Source: Octopus vulgaris
Taxonomy: Eukaryota
Direction: 5' to 3'
Assembly: GCA_951406725.2 (NCBI GenBank)
Contig: OX597823.1
Span: 81,034,001 to 81,098,000, forward strand
Length of the DNA: 64,000 nucleotides
This document shows positions 42,401 to 57,400 of the stretch, piece after piece (positions within the stretch are counted from its first letter, which is position 1; each line of letters begins with the position of its first letter). Below the pieces are notes generated by a model. The model was not told the DNA's origin, searched no databases, and saw nothing but the letters and a program-made list of their open reading frames with translations. The position numbers were made by a program, and so were the translations under genes.

Positions 42401-45400
42401 TTATCAAATTTTTATTCTGTAACCAGAAGTGATTTCAAACTTTTAATTTTTAGTATAAGTATTATATTTACTTAAAATTTTCAAGGTATTTTATTTCTGA
42501 AAATATTTTCATTGCATTATTTACATTAATTTAAAAGAGGATTTGGTTCACAAGTTTGATTAAATTCACACAGAATTAAAATAAAATTTAGCATACAAAT
42601 TAATATAACTTATTTGCAATAAATTTATATTTCATTTCTTAAAAGCTAAAGGCCAGTATATAGAAGAACCTGTCACAGGAAGAGCACCAGATAATGTTAT
42701 ACCAAACGAACCAGTTTCCAATGAAGGTAATGTTTGTACTGATATTTCTGAAAATATAATGGTGAAAGACATGTTTGGAGATATTTTATTCATAACTGAT
42801 AATACAATGTCTGAGCTTAATAAGTGAACATTTGTTACTTTTTAAATTCTGTTTTATTCTCTGTTTTCCTAAAATTTCTTTGCTACCACTTAAATCTAAA
42901 ATACAAAATACCCAATGGAAAAGATTTTTTAGTAATATAACTACAGCTAAATATGTTCTAAAGAAGGTTTCTTTCAAGTTTTTTCCCCTCACTTCAACCT
43001 TATCAGTGGACCTCTGTAAAGAGGAAACATCCTTTTACAGCACGAAAAAGAATTTGGCAAAACCAATAGATTTTGTCTACTGAACTTGCAAAAGGCTACA
43101 CCTAGTTCACAACTCTATAACAATGTTCGGCAATAACTGGTAAACCCTCTCTCACATGTACCACAAACTACAGATTCCTTACACAGGCACCAAGAAAACA
43201 GATAAAACTGAAACATTTGCTCATGCTGCCATTCTCTCTTATGCTCATTCTCTTATAATTCCTTTTACAAAATAAAAAAAAACAGTCCCAAGATTCTTTT
43301 TCCAAGTGACTGTTATATTCCACAATCTTGCCTCTAATCTTAAAGATTATTTTATCCAATAATAATGCTAACAGAACTCGCTGTTTGTATTTTTTCATAA
43401 GTCATGTGACCAATAAAGTGGGTTTCTCTCTTTGTGCTTGTCATGAGGCTCAACCTGAGCTACCTTTTCTTGTTTTTCATTGCTTGCTTTATCGTTACAC
43501 AAACTAATTATTCATTATACATCTATGGTGTATCACCAAGTAGCTCTGTCCACTGATACATTATTCAGGAATTATACACAGATCACAACCCAACTCCTCC
43601 ATTCTAATGTACAGCAAGCTCCGTGTGGTTTGACCCATACCTTCAGTCCAATTTAGAAAGATGCAGGCTTCCACTTCATTAGAGGATGCCAGCACCTCCA
43701 TTCATATTTAAACACTGCTCTTTGTGGTATTGACTCTGCTTTTCCTTTCCTGACCTGGGCAACATGTTATACCAGAAGATACCTCAAGCAACAAGCTGTG
43801 TCATTCTATATTACCATTTCTAGTTGATCTATATGCAGCTCTGAAATAACCTATCAAATACCAGTATTTCCTTCAGCACTTCCAATCTTAATGCTGTGAT
43901 CTTGCTCATCCGTTCATTAACACTAGGTCTATTGGACCTCTTGCCAAAAACATTTCATTCATCATTGCTATAACTGAGGCTCTTGTCTCTCTGATCTAAT
44001 TTACCTTCATATGAGTACCTGTCTTGATCTGTGACTGGCTATTGTTAGGTATACACCTTTTTGGTAGTGCATAATATCAATTCTCATCCTTTTCTGCCTG
44101 CTTACAACCTAAATGTTTCCTTTACTTGTACTGTATAGCTTTAACTGAAGAGACACATAATGTGGCTAAAACACTATAATGTTCTTTGTTGAGGAAAAAC
44201 AACAGCTATCAGATGTTCACAATCAGGTCTGCCAGAATATTTTATGAATGGAGACATTATTGTCTGGATTTTCCCTGCTTTGCACCCCATGAATTATTGA
44301 AACTAGGAAAAGTTAATAGAAATACCAACTTTTGAACAGAAGATGTGAAATGTATAAACATAGGAAGATGGTTTTGTTCTATCACAAATTTATATAGAAC
44401 TTGAGAGTTTTTAGCAGTTTGTGCCAAAGTCCTGAAACAGAAATCAGAGTTTCCAGTTGATACTAATGATTTTATCTTTGCTTTTCTTAACATAATACTT
44501 TGTTCTGCCAATAATATGATTTAAATTGTAAAATTTAATATTCATTACTAAATTTTATATGAATTTTAGAAACTGGAAAACAAGTAGAACCTGTTCCTCT
44601 TTCTCGCTCAGGTAAGTTGATAACTTTCAAATAAACTTATTCAAAAAGCAAAGATAACCTAATCTTTTTGATGTTATGTTATGATTAATCATGAAACAGC
44701 AGACTGCATTCTTTGAATTGTTTTGCTTCATTCTTTTTGGTTTGCAATCCCATAAAGAGTAACGTGACTTTATTCCCTGGTGAGTGGGTCAATAGAATAA
44801 TTTAATTTACTTATCTTAATTTGGAAATTTTTTATTCTTATTTGTCATATTAGTCAATGAATGTATTTTCCCATTTTGTTTTACTTAATTTTTGAGAGTG
44901 GTTGGGTTCATTTTTAGTATTCTCGTTTGTGAGAGCAGTAGAGTATTTTTCAGATATTCTTATTTTAAAATCACCTCTGGCTATTCGTAGATAGGACGTT
45001 GGTATTTCGTCAGCTGAGGTTTGTACTCGGGTTCATATTGTTTTGGATTAATCTCACATTATCTCAGAGCTTAGAGATTTTGATGATGTGATTGTTTATT
45101 TTTATTCTGAAATTATAGGGTAGATGGCCAGTTTGAAAATAAAACAGGTAGAATATTTTGGCTGGATATGGGGTGGTTTGAATGCTAAAGGGTTAAGGGT
45201 ATGTGTGTCTATGGAGTATTCAACCACCTGCATGTTAAATTCACAAGCATGTTGTTCTGTTGATTGGATCAACTGGAACCTTCACTGTCATATACTATTA
45301 TATTATATCTGAAATAAGTAAGCATATATAGGTGCAGTAGCAGGTGTGTGGTAAGAAGCTTGCTTCCCAACCACATGGTTCCGGGTTCAGTCCCACTGCA

Positions 45401-47118
45401 TGGCATCTTAGGCAAGTGTCTCCTACTATAGTCTCAGGCTGACCAAAGCCTTGTGAATGGATTTGATAGATGGAAACTGAAAGAAGCCCATCATAAAAAT
45501 ATGTGTGTGTGCATGTATGTGTGTCTGTGTTTGTCCCCCTAGCATCACTTGACAACCAATATTGGTGTGTTTATGTCCTTGTAAGTTAGCAGTTTGGCAA
45601 AAGAGACCAACAAAATAAGTACAGGGCTTCAAAAGAATATGTCCTGGACTCGAATTGTTTGACTAAAGGTGGTGCTCCAGCATGGCCACTGTCAAATGAC
45701 TGAAACAGATAAAATAATATGAATTTCTTTGAAGACAAAATTTTTCATTGTATTTATTTATTTATTTATTTATTTCAGTCTGCACATTTGACAAATGTAC
45801 ATTCATGAGAGAATTTGGCTTCGATGGTCCTCACATAATTGGTTGGATTGAGAAAGACGGCATTGAGGGTATTACAGATGAAAGTGAAGTGGTTTATATG
45901 GATGAAAAATTAGAAGAGGGTGTTGTTATCAATGTTGCTTGTACCCAATGGTAAGACATATCACTCTCAGACAAGAAAGTGTTCTGAATAAGTTTGTGTA
46001 TTTTGAATTATCTAATGTCCCAGACAAAATAGTTTATATACAGCTTGTAGCTTTGTGTAAAACTTTTAAATTCATTGGAATTAAATTTACATCAATTTTT
46101 ACTATTATCAATAAAATATCTACAAGAATGAACTCAACATATCATCATCATCATTTTAGTTTTGTACTTCATCACCAATTAACCTATCACTATATCAAAC
46201 TTAATTAGAGCAATTAGTTAAATTAAGTTGAATTAGTTAAAATAATATAAGTAATTATAGGCACAGGAGTGACTGTGTGGTAAGTAGCTTGCTTACCAAC
46301 CACATGGTTCCTGGTTCATTCCCACTGCGTGGCACCTTGGGTAAGTGTCTTCTACTATAGCCTCGGGCCGACCAAAGCTTTGTGAGTGGATTTGGTAGAT
46401 GGAAACTGAAAGAAGCTCATCGTATATATGTATATGTATACATATGTGTGTGTGTGTGTGTGTGTGTTTATGTGTCTGTGTTTGTCCCCCCAACATCGCT
46501 TGACAACTGATGCTGGTGTGTTTATATCCCCGTAACTTAGCAGTTCGGCAAAGGAGACTGATAGAATAAGTACTAGGCTTACAAAGAATAAGTCCTGGGG
46601 TCAATTTGCTCAACTAAAGGCGGTGCTCCAACATGACCGCAGTAAAATGACTGAAACAAGTAAAAGAGTAACTGTGTATAAACATGAGATTTTACTACCA
46701 ACACAAACAAAAATAAGTCATGATGTTAAGGAGATGACCTGTTGAATCTCTACAAATACATTTGGTTATCTTTTGTAAAATTTAGATATACACAGTCACA
46801 CAGCCATTAAAATATCACTGGTTCAACAATCTACATGAAGGTTGACTAAAATATATGGAGTGTCTCATTTGTTATAATAGTACTATGTATAATGGTTGAA
46901 AGGAGGTCGATAATGTTGGGTTTGTTTAAGTTTGTGTAAGAAGTATGCAAATGTTTTGGGTAAGTGCCTTGTGGGTGGATTTAGTAGACAGAAACAGAAT
47001 GAATCCCATCATGTGTGTGTGATTGTGCCCCTTTATCTTGACGTTGTGGTTCTGTGGTTTATACTTTCTAAATAGTAAAGAATAGAGAAACCTATATAAC
47101 TGTTTAACATTAAATAAC

Positions 47119-47164
<46 letters not shown>

Positions 47165-50100
47165 TTGATAGAAAATAAAATTCTCTAAAAGATTACAATC
47201 AAATTTATTTGATTTGTCATCTAAAATTCTCACTAACATTTCCTTTCCTTTTTGTTTCATTATCATCATCGTCGTTGTTGTTGTCACCATCATTGTCACC
47301 AGTATCATCGTCATCATCATTAACATCATCATCATTGTCGTTTTTGTTGTCATCATCATGATCATGTGGTGGAGAAGCAGGCTTCTTACCACACAGCCAT
47401 GCTTGCACTTATGCAACATCTATCTTGTGTTATTTTCTTTGTCTTTGATTTCATCGTCTGAAACAGAATTGGTGTGATAGATTCTGAATGCCCTTCCTAA
47501 CACCAACCACTCCACAGAGTGTACTGAGTGCTTTTAACATGGCACCAGCACTGCTATCAATTCTGCTGTGGTGGGCAAGTCTTCTTGAGTACAGCAACAT
47601 GCCAGATATCTCAGCCCTTAATCATCTCCTTTGTAAGGTTCAGTGTCTTGTGATCAGCCTTCATTACTTCATACTATGTCTTCCTGGGTCTCCCTCTTCC
47701 ACATGTTCCATCCACTTTAAGTGATCAGCATGTCTGTCTACATCCATATGCAGGGCCGGATTAAGACTCATAGAGGCCTTAAGCATTCAAAAGATTTTGG
47801 TACTTCCATATATAATTCGAAATGTAATCAATAATAGTGAAGGCACATGGTTCAGTGGTTAGGGGCTCGAGCTTACGATCGAGAGGTTGTGAGCTCGAAT
47901 CCCGGACCAGGCTGTGTGTTGTGTTCTTGAGCAAGACACTTTATTTCACATTGCTCCAGTTCACTCAGCTGTAGAAATGAGTTGTGACGTCAATGGCACC
48001 AAGCTGTATTGGCCGTTGTCTTTCCCTTGGATAACACTGGTGGCATGGAGAGGGGATGCCAGTATGCATGGGTGACTGCTGGTCTTCCATAACCAACCTT
48101 GGCTGGACTTGTATCTTGGAGGGTAACTTTCTAGGTGCCATCCCATGGTCTGTATCATGACCGAAGGGGTCTCAATCTATAATAAACCATAAAATAAATT
48201 TATATTCTTCAAAATGAAACAAAACTAACAGTAAGATGGGAAATAATGTTTATTTTTGTATATTTTCACTTCATTTATATTTGAAAAGTTTCCTCTTATC
48301 TTTTTTAATTGCAAAATCTTTGGTCAGATTCTCAAAATTAATCTTACATAAAATGCCTGCTTCTATACTTAGTAGAGATAAGGCATCCCAAATATTATTT
48401 TAGCAAGTTTAAAGTGATTTCTTTTGTGCCGTAAACCATTGTCCATTTCTGTAGTGCCCCTATTTCCCATGATGTCCTAAGCACATGCTTATTTTGCTTA
48501 ATGGTTAATCTAGCACTGTCCATATGCATCACATAACCAAACCAAACGAACGCAGTCTTCTCTCTTACACACTGCATCTAATTCCTGTTTTGTCTCTTGC
48601 AAGTATAAACTTCAAAATCCATAGTTGAAAAATAAAAATGATGATTTCATCACTCTGCAAAGGAACACTGAACATGTAATATACTCCAAAATGCATATAC
48701 ATATAAAGGATAGCTTCTTACATCCGGACAAAATAATACCATAAAAATAATGCCTACTAAACTAGGCACAGGTGTACCTAAGTGTAGTTTACCAATTTAT
48801 GCCTTGTGTCTTTTTACAATTTTTATTAGCAGATCAATAATAATAAAAGCATTATTTTATTAATAATTTTTCAGTTTATGTAAAAATGGAAATATAACAT
48901 GTGAACATAAAATATGTGAGGGTGAGTCGTTTTTCTATTTGTTTTCTTTTATTTTTTCTTTAACCTTTAACCACTTTGATACCAGTCCATCTGGAACCAC
49001 CTCTGGTTCTATTATAAAAATGTTTTAAAGTGATCTAATCTAAAACTTTTCATCAAAATTTCATGTTAATTTTTGTTCCAAATACTGGCTAAACAGTGGC
49101 AAAGTTATATTAATAAATTCTTCGTTATTTTCACAATTAATTGACACAAAAGCAGTGTCATTCTACGATGTATGTTCTTATACATTAACATGCTACATCA
49201 AATAATCTATTTATAAATAAGTAAAAAAAAACTCATAATATATTGAAAAGAGTATTAATCTCCATCAACATATAATAATTTGACAAAATGTATATTTATG
49301 TAGAACTTTAGAACTTCTGTATAAGTAGACTGACTTTTTATTACCATCCGTAATCATAGATAAGTATAAATCTGTTGATTAAATTATGGTTTAATTTTTT
49401 GCATTGAGTTAGAGAGGAAACTCTATGAAGTACTCTACTGGGACTGGATTTATCTTTCATTGGCCTTCTTTGATAGAATACTACAAATCAGAAACAAGGG
49501 TAAAAACAAATCCCTTTCACTTGTTCAGAAATTGATGATAATATTCCAGTGTGACAAATTAGTTAACCCTTTCACATTCTGATTACTCTGTCAAGTTTAA
49601 TACAGTTTTGAATTAATCATGTAATATCTCATAGCTTACGGATTTCAATGACAGTGTGGGATAAGTGTGAGAGGCTGGATCTGGCTAGTTTGAACATAAA
49701 ACAGATGCAATATTAGGCCAAATATAAGGGAGCAAGCTACAAAATTGTTAGCACACTGGGAGAAATGCTTAGTGGCATTTCATGTGTTTTTACATACAAG
49801 TTCAAATTCCACCAAGGTTGACTTTGCCTGTCATCCTTTTGGGGTCAATAAATTAAGTACCAGCTGAGCACAGGGGCTGATTTACTTTGCATTTTGAGTT
49901 CAAATTCCTGCAAGGCGACTTTGCCTTTCATCCTTTTGGAGTCAATAAGATAAGCACCAGCTGAACACCGGGGTTGATGCAATTTGCATTCTAAATTCAA
50001 ATTCATTAAGGTCATCTTTGTCTTTCATCCTTTTGAGAGCAATAAAATAAGTACCAGCTAAGCACTGGGGTTGATACAATTGACTTACAACTATTCCAAC

Positions 50101-50450
50101 ATTACTGGTCTTGTGCCAAAATTTGAAACCATTATTTAGGCCAGATAGGGTCAGTTTAACTGTGAAACGGTTAATTTATTTTCTCATCCTTTTGGTTAAA
50201 TTAATTTATTTCCATTAATTATAAATATGTTTCAGGATGTATGTATACTGAATGGCAGGCTTGGAGTTCTTGCAGCAAAACCTGTGATAATGGACTTCAA
50301 ACTAGAACTAGGAAAAAACATGTTGGCAAAGGGAATGAACCATGTAATCTTCCATTATCTGAAATTCAAGATTGCAATATTAAGATATGTCACGGTAATC
50401 AGCATTTTAATTTTCAATTTAAACTAATTATTTCTTTATTTTGTTTTAAG

Positions 50451-50487
<37 letters not shown>

Positions 50488-53400
50488 CTTTTCTTTACAT
50501 TGTAAATTCTTCTTTCAGAACGAAAAAGTGAATCGACCCTAAGTACTTGTTTTTTATAAAGCCTGGTACTTACTCTACCAGTCTATTTTGCCAAATTATT
50601 AAGTTACAGGGATGTAAACACACCAACACTGGTTGTCAAGCATTGGTGGTGGCAGGGGACAAACACAGACACAAAGATACTCACACACACACATATATAT
50701 AGATATAGATATAAATAAATGAAAATATATATATATACACAGGTGTGTATGATTGTGTATAGAAGAATATATTACTCAAAGAAATTCCAACTTTGCCCAA
50801 TTTTCACATTTTATTTATAATCTTATAATTATTTAATATAATATAATATAATGAAATGATATTTCATTATATTATATTAACTTATATTATTATAAGATTG
50901 TACATAAAACGTGAAAATCAGACAAGGTTGGAATTTCTTTGAGTAATAATTAAATATATATATATATATATATTTCTCTCTTCATTTATTTTTGTTCTCT
51001 CTCCATCCTTTCTGTTGAAGAGCATAGGCTCAAAACATCAAAGACTTTTCCATTCTTCCTGAGCATTAAACTAATACACCTGCTTATTGTTCCAACACCT
51101 GTCTTCATCTTTTGTTTTCTGTTAATTTGAACTATATATATGTATGTGTATATATATGTGTGTGTGTGTGCGTGTGTGTGTGTGTGTATATGCCTACACA
51201 CACACACATGAGGGGTTTCTTTCAGTTTTTATCTACCAAATCCATTCACAGGGCTTTGGTCAGATTATTTGCTATAGTAGAAGAGAAGGAGCCACATGCA
51301 GTGGGAATGAACCTAGAACCATGTGGCTGGAAAGCAAATTTCTTACCATACAGCCATGCCTGCACCAGAACTAAGAAACATGTGCCTAATACATAGTATA
51401 CAACTGAAATGCTAATTGGCCTTAATTGCCTCAGATCAGATCTAATTTAACAGCACCAATTAGAAGATACATTGAAATAATGTGAAAATACTATCTAACA
51501 AAAGTATTTTTGTAATGTGTAAGATATCAACCTAAGAATGGTAATTAAGTTAAAATAAGTTTATCAGATTATTGTATGAGACATTTTTGTTGAGTTTTTT
51601 TTATAGGGATTTATATATTTTATATAATAATACATATATGCATTATGTAGACATGGCTGAGTGGTAAAAAGTTAGTTTCCCAGTTACATGATTCCAGGAT
51701 CAGTCCCACTGTATGGCACCTTCGGCAAGTACCTTGTACTATAGAGTCAGGCCTGTGGATTTAGTAGAAGAAAAATGAAAGAAGCCTATCATGTGTGTGT
51801 GTGTGTTTGCCCTTTACCACCACTTGACAACTGGTGTTGGCATGTTTATGTACCAATAACATAGCAGTTCAGCAAAAGAGATTGACAGAATAAGTATTCA
51901 ACTAAAAAATTCATTCACCCAAATTTCTTCAGCATGGCCACAGTCATTAGACTGAAACAATTAAAAGACTGAAAAGATATAATTTGAGTTCAGTAATGAA
52001 TTTATATATAGAGGCCCATGGCCTAGTAGTGAGAGCAGTGGATTCACGGTCGAGGGATTGCAGGTTCGAATTTCGGACTGGGTGATATGTATGTTTATGA
52101 GCGAAACACCTATGGCTCCAGCAGAAGGTAATGGCGAACTTCTGCTAACTCTTTCACCACAACTCTCTGTCACTCTTTCCTCCCGCATCTAGCAGCTCAC
52201 CTGTGACGGATAGGCGTCCTGTCCAGGTGGGGAACCTATACGCCAAGGAAACCGGGAAACTGGCCCTTATGAGCCAGGCATGGCTCAAGAAGGAACAAAC
52301 ATTGAATCTATATAATGTGAAAAAGAAACAAACATGAGAAATATTATACATCATTTTATTTTATTTTTATCAAGCTGAAACCGTTTGGTCTTCTTGGAGT
52401 AGTTGGAGTCCCTGCATTATTTCTAAACAAGATGCAGTTGGTTCATCTATACGTAAGCGTACATGCCATCGAGGAATTGACGATGAATGTGCTGGAGAAG
52501 CTTTACAGACCATGCCTTGTCAATCGAAAGTCAAGACAACTAGTAAGTATATATTTTATTTTATTGGTGATCATAGGAAACATATCCAGCTTTATTTAAT
52601 CCTTTTAATGCTTTGATACCAGCCTGTCTGGAGCCACCCTTGGCCCTATAGTAAAAATATCTGTAAAAAAAGGATGTTAAAAAAACAGTAATGATGTTGA
52701 TTATGCATGTATGTATGGAGGGATGGAGGGAGGGAGGGAGGGAAAGAAAGGTAGTAATGCAGATAAACACAGTCAGGCTTTACACATACACACATATACA
52801 CAGGCACATATATACACGTATATTTACATAAGCTAATATATTTACATAGAGCATAAAAAAGACAGAACACTAAGAGAAAATACATAATTTCTTAACTCAA
52901 CAGCTGTTTATATAAATGTATTTTCGTCGATATATATATTTAAATATGTTGGTAAAATGTGTATTAACATATAAATATACATATTAACATATAAATGTAT
53001 ATATTTTATATTGTGAAATCAATAAAAGCTTGTCATTATTCTGAATAAATAACAGAGTTATAAGGAAATACATTTTTTATAACTTTTATTGGAGACATTG
53101 AAGTTTGATGCAGTCCTTAAGTCATTGGATCCTGTCAAAACATCCATCCCATGCCAGTGTAGAAGATGGATGTTAAATGATGACAATGGGAAGAGTGGGG
53201 TAGTGGTATGATGATGAGGATGATGAAAGTAATGATGGTGAGCATGATGAGCATTATTATGCTACTGAGCTCAATTTTGACTTTCATCCTTTCAGGTTTG
53301 ATAACATAAGTACCAGTTGACTACTAGGGTCAAAGTAACTAACTGCACCACCCCACTAAAATTGGTAACTTTGTACCAAAATTTGAAATTATATTTTTTG

Positions 53401-53652
53401 TCAGTAGTAGTAGTAGTAGTAGTGGTGGTAATAGAAGTAAAAGTAGAGAGCTGGCGCAATTGTTAGCACACTGGGCAAAATGCTTAGTGGTATTTCATCT
53501 GTCTTTATGTTCTGAGATCAAATTCCACCGAGGTCACCTTTGCCTTTCATCCTTTCAGGGTTGATAAATTAAATACCAGCCAAGTACTGGGGTTGATGTG
53601 ATTGACTTAACCCCCACCACAAATTTCAGGCCTTGTGTCTATAATAGAAAAG

Positions 53653-53750
<98 letters not shown>

Positions 53751-54017
53751 CAGCAGCAGTAGTAGCAGCAGCAGCAACAGCAGTAGTAAAGGTAGAGGGC
53801 TAGCAGAACCATTAGCATGCCGGGCAAAATGCTTAGCAGTATTTTGCCAGTCGCTATGTTCTGTGTTCAAATTCCACCGAGGTCGACTTTGCCTTTCATC
53901 CTTTCAGGGTTGATAAATTAAGTACCAGCTGTGTACTAGGGTCGATCTAATCGACTGGCGCCCTACCACCAAATTTCAGGCCTTGTGCCTATAACAGAAA
54001 GGACCATTATTATTATT

Positions 54018-54049
<32 letters not shown>

Positions 54050-54402
54050 TATCATCATTATTATTATCATATATTTGACTTTTGCAAGTTGGCTCTAAGT
54101 CTCATCCAGAGACCCCAAGAGACAACAAGCTGGAAGTTCATGTTGGTGTTATGCCGAGGGTGTCATATATTTAGTTTTGCACATAGTATTGTTCTAGAGA
54201 ATGTTTAAGAAAGCAAGAAAATTATGAGTTTGTTTTAAAATTTGAGATTACATAGACAGTATTTTACGTAGGATATGGGCAGTTCCCATGAGCACTATCT
54301 TTTAAATATCTGCCATTTTGGGGTTTTCTGGTATCTGAGCTAGGTAGCAATCAGCCCCTTTTATCATCATCATCATCATCATCAACATCATCATCATTAT
54401 TA

Positions 54403-54440
<38 letters not shown>

Positions 54441-57400
54441 ATCTTGAAGCAACGTCTGTTTTATTTTTGTTTCTAGAAACATGTACTGGTGGCAGTGTTT
54501 GGTCCGAATGCAGTAACCGCTGCCCAATAACATGTCTAGATGCTCGTCGGGAAGTCTGTGTTGAATCTGATGAATGTATTCCTGGTTGCCATTGTCCAGC
54601 CGGTCAAGTACAGTTATTGGGACAATGTGTTCCTATAGATAAATGTCCTTGTTATAACATTGAAGGAATATCTGTTTTAAAGAATCTCAAAGCATCCAAG
54701 ACACATCCTTGTCGAGAATGGTAAATAAGTTTTCATTATATTTCTCTTGTTTAATACGAATCACATTTATTTAATTTCTTCTTTCTTAATTTAATTTTCA
54801 CTTTCTATTTTACTGTAATTGTACAAATAGCTAGAGGGTTTATTCCTTCTTTTCTTACTCCGTTTATTGTTTTATTTAGTGAAAAGGCTTCTGATTTAAA
54901 ATATTATATATTGGTGCTTGTGTAAGTTGTTGTGTACATAATCAGATTGATTTTGATTGTGCAGTCTATGGAAAGTCGTTGGCATTAGAACCCTCAAGCT
55001 GTAGACACCATCCCATTATGTTTCTGTATCATATAACCCTTTAGTACTTAAACTGACCATATCCAGCCCAAATCCTCAACTTGTTTTATGCTTAAACTGT
55101 GATTATAAAAGGTAGAAAACTTTTCAAATATAAGTAAAGTGGAAGAAATCAAAAATAAACATAATTTTCCATCTTTACTGTTAATTTTGAAAAATAAAAA
55201 TTTATTTAATAATTTATTATTGTTTATATTTTGAATTACATATATATGAGGGCACCAAAACCTTTAAAATGTTTAGAGCTTTCATAGCTCTTAATCTGGC
55301 TCTGGCCTCACCTAAGCTTTGTAGAGCTTTGTAATGAATCAATAATTGCTCGGTCATTATCTTCTGATCCTAAAAAGAAGGGCCAGTTGTACCTGACCTA
55401 ACCTATCTTTGACCAGATGTGAAACTTGCAAAACAAAAAAAATTTACAAGTAGATTTACTCTAACTTGTCTCTTATTTTATGCTAATTTGTCTAAGGTGG
55501 CAAGCTGGCAGAATCATTAGCACAAGAACAAAAGCATTTTTCCCATCTTTACTTTCTAAGTTCAAATGCCACCAGAGCCGACTTTGCCTTTCATCCTTTC
55601 AGTGATCAGAAGGTAGGGCTCACAATCAAGAGGTAGCGAGTTCAATTCCCAGAACAGGCTGTGTTGTGTTCTTTATTTTACATTGCTCCAGCTCATTCAG
55701 CTGTAGAAATGAGTTGCAATGTCACTAGTGCCAAGCTGCATTGGTCTTTGCCTTTCCCTTGAATAACATTGGTAGCATGGGCAACTCCTGGTCATTCATA
55801 AACAACCTTGCCTGGACTTATTTTCTGTAGGGGAACTTTCTAAGTGCAATCCCATGGTCATACATGGGTCTTTATTTTTACTGGGATTAAAGTAACTGAC
55901 TTAGCCGCTCCCACAAATTTCTGGCCTTGTGCCAAAATCTGAAACCAATATGTCTTACTAATTATTCTATTTGTCTATTAACAGCACATGCAGCAATAGT
56001 GGAAAGATTATATGTCAGGAAAAACCAAACTGTAAGGATAATGAATTTTAAAATCTCTATTATTATTATGAATTAATTGAATCAATATGACAATAGCGCA
56101 AAAAAGAGAAAGTGCACATGACTAAAAAAAAAAACTTACATTTTGTTGTAGGTTGTTTGTGGTCTTCTTGGACTTCATGGGGAGGTTGCAGTACTTCTTG
56201 TGGAATTGGTAAAAGATTCAGATATACGTAAATATTATTGCTAACATTTGTTTTTAACAAATTGTCCACCAAACTATCTTCAAAATTTTATGTAATTTCT
56301 CATGTTCTCTCTTCGCCTCTGTCCTTCCTTCTCTCTCTCTCTCTTCATCTCTTGCTCTTTATCTCTCTCTCTCCCCCCCTTCCTTCTCTCTCTTATTTCT
56401 CTTTTGTGGGTTTTTTTAAAGTTTTACATTTCTTCCATCTAATAGCTTCCATATTTTGTAAGCAGTGTGTCTTGCAATTTGTTTAAATATAGTCTGCATC
56501 TCATTGAAAAATTTTCATTTAAAATCATTTAACCAAAGCTGACCTGGCGTACAGTGAGCATCTCATTGGTGAGGTTACAGATGCTGACAAAAGGGCTTCA
56601 ACAAACTTAACTGATTGATTGATCAAACAATTAGTCAAATAACTGATTAATTAATTGGTTAAACAATTAACCAAATGACAAATAAAAGATGAAAAAAATG
56701 AAACAGAACCAGTGTATGTGTTTATTTTTGACATAATATCCCTCTCAAGATACAACAAAATTTAACTTAATATTTGCCTAAATTTAATGGACTGAAGAAT
56801 TTCTTATTAATATGAAGTCAGCACAGATAACTCAAGCACAAATAAACGACTGTTTTGATAGAATTAACAATTCATTTATACTTCCATCTTTCTGACTCCA
56901 ATGAAATATCAACAAGTAAAATAAATCTCCTGAAGTGACATATTGATTTATTTTGACTGTGTGAAGAGCTAAATTTTATAACAGAGTGCGGAAGACTATA
57001 GGTGTAGGAGTGGCTGTGTGGTAAGTAGCTTGCTTACGAACCACATGGTTCTGGGTTCAGTCCCACTGTGAGGCACCTTGGGCAAGTGTCTTCTACTATA
57101 GCCTCAGGCCGACCAAAATCTTGTGAGTGGATTTGGTAGACGGAAACTGAAAGAAGCCTGTCGTATATATGTGTATATATATATGTGTGTGTATGTATGT
57201 GTGTGTGTAGGTTTGTGTGTCTGTGTTTGTCCCCACAACATCGCTTGACAACCAATATTGGTGTGTTTATGTCCCCGTAACTTAGCGGGTCAGCAAAAGA
57301 GACCGATAGAGTAAGTACTAGGCTTACAAAGAATAAGTCCTGGGTTGATTTGCTCAACTAAAGGTGGTGTTCCAGCATGGCCACAGTCAAATGACTGAAA

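Noticed and set aside
42840-44270. Possible decayed retroelement ORF between the linker exons
   Set aside because: No recognisable RT or endonuclease motif could be read; too degenerate to call.
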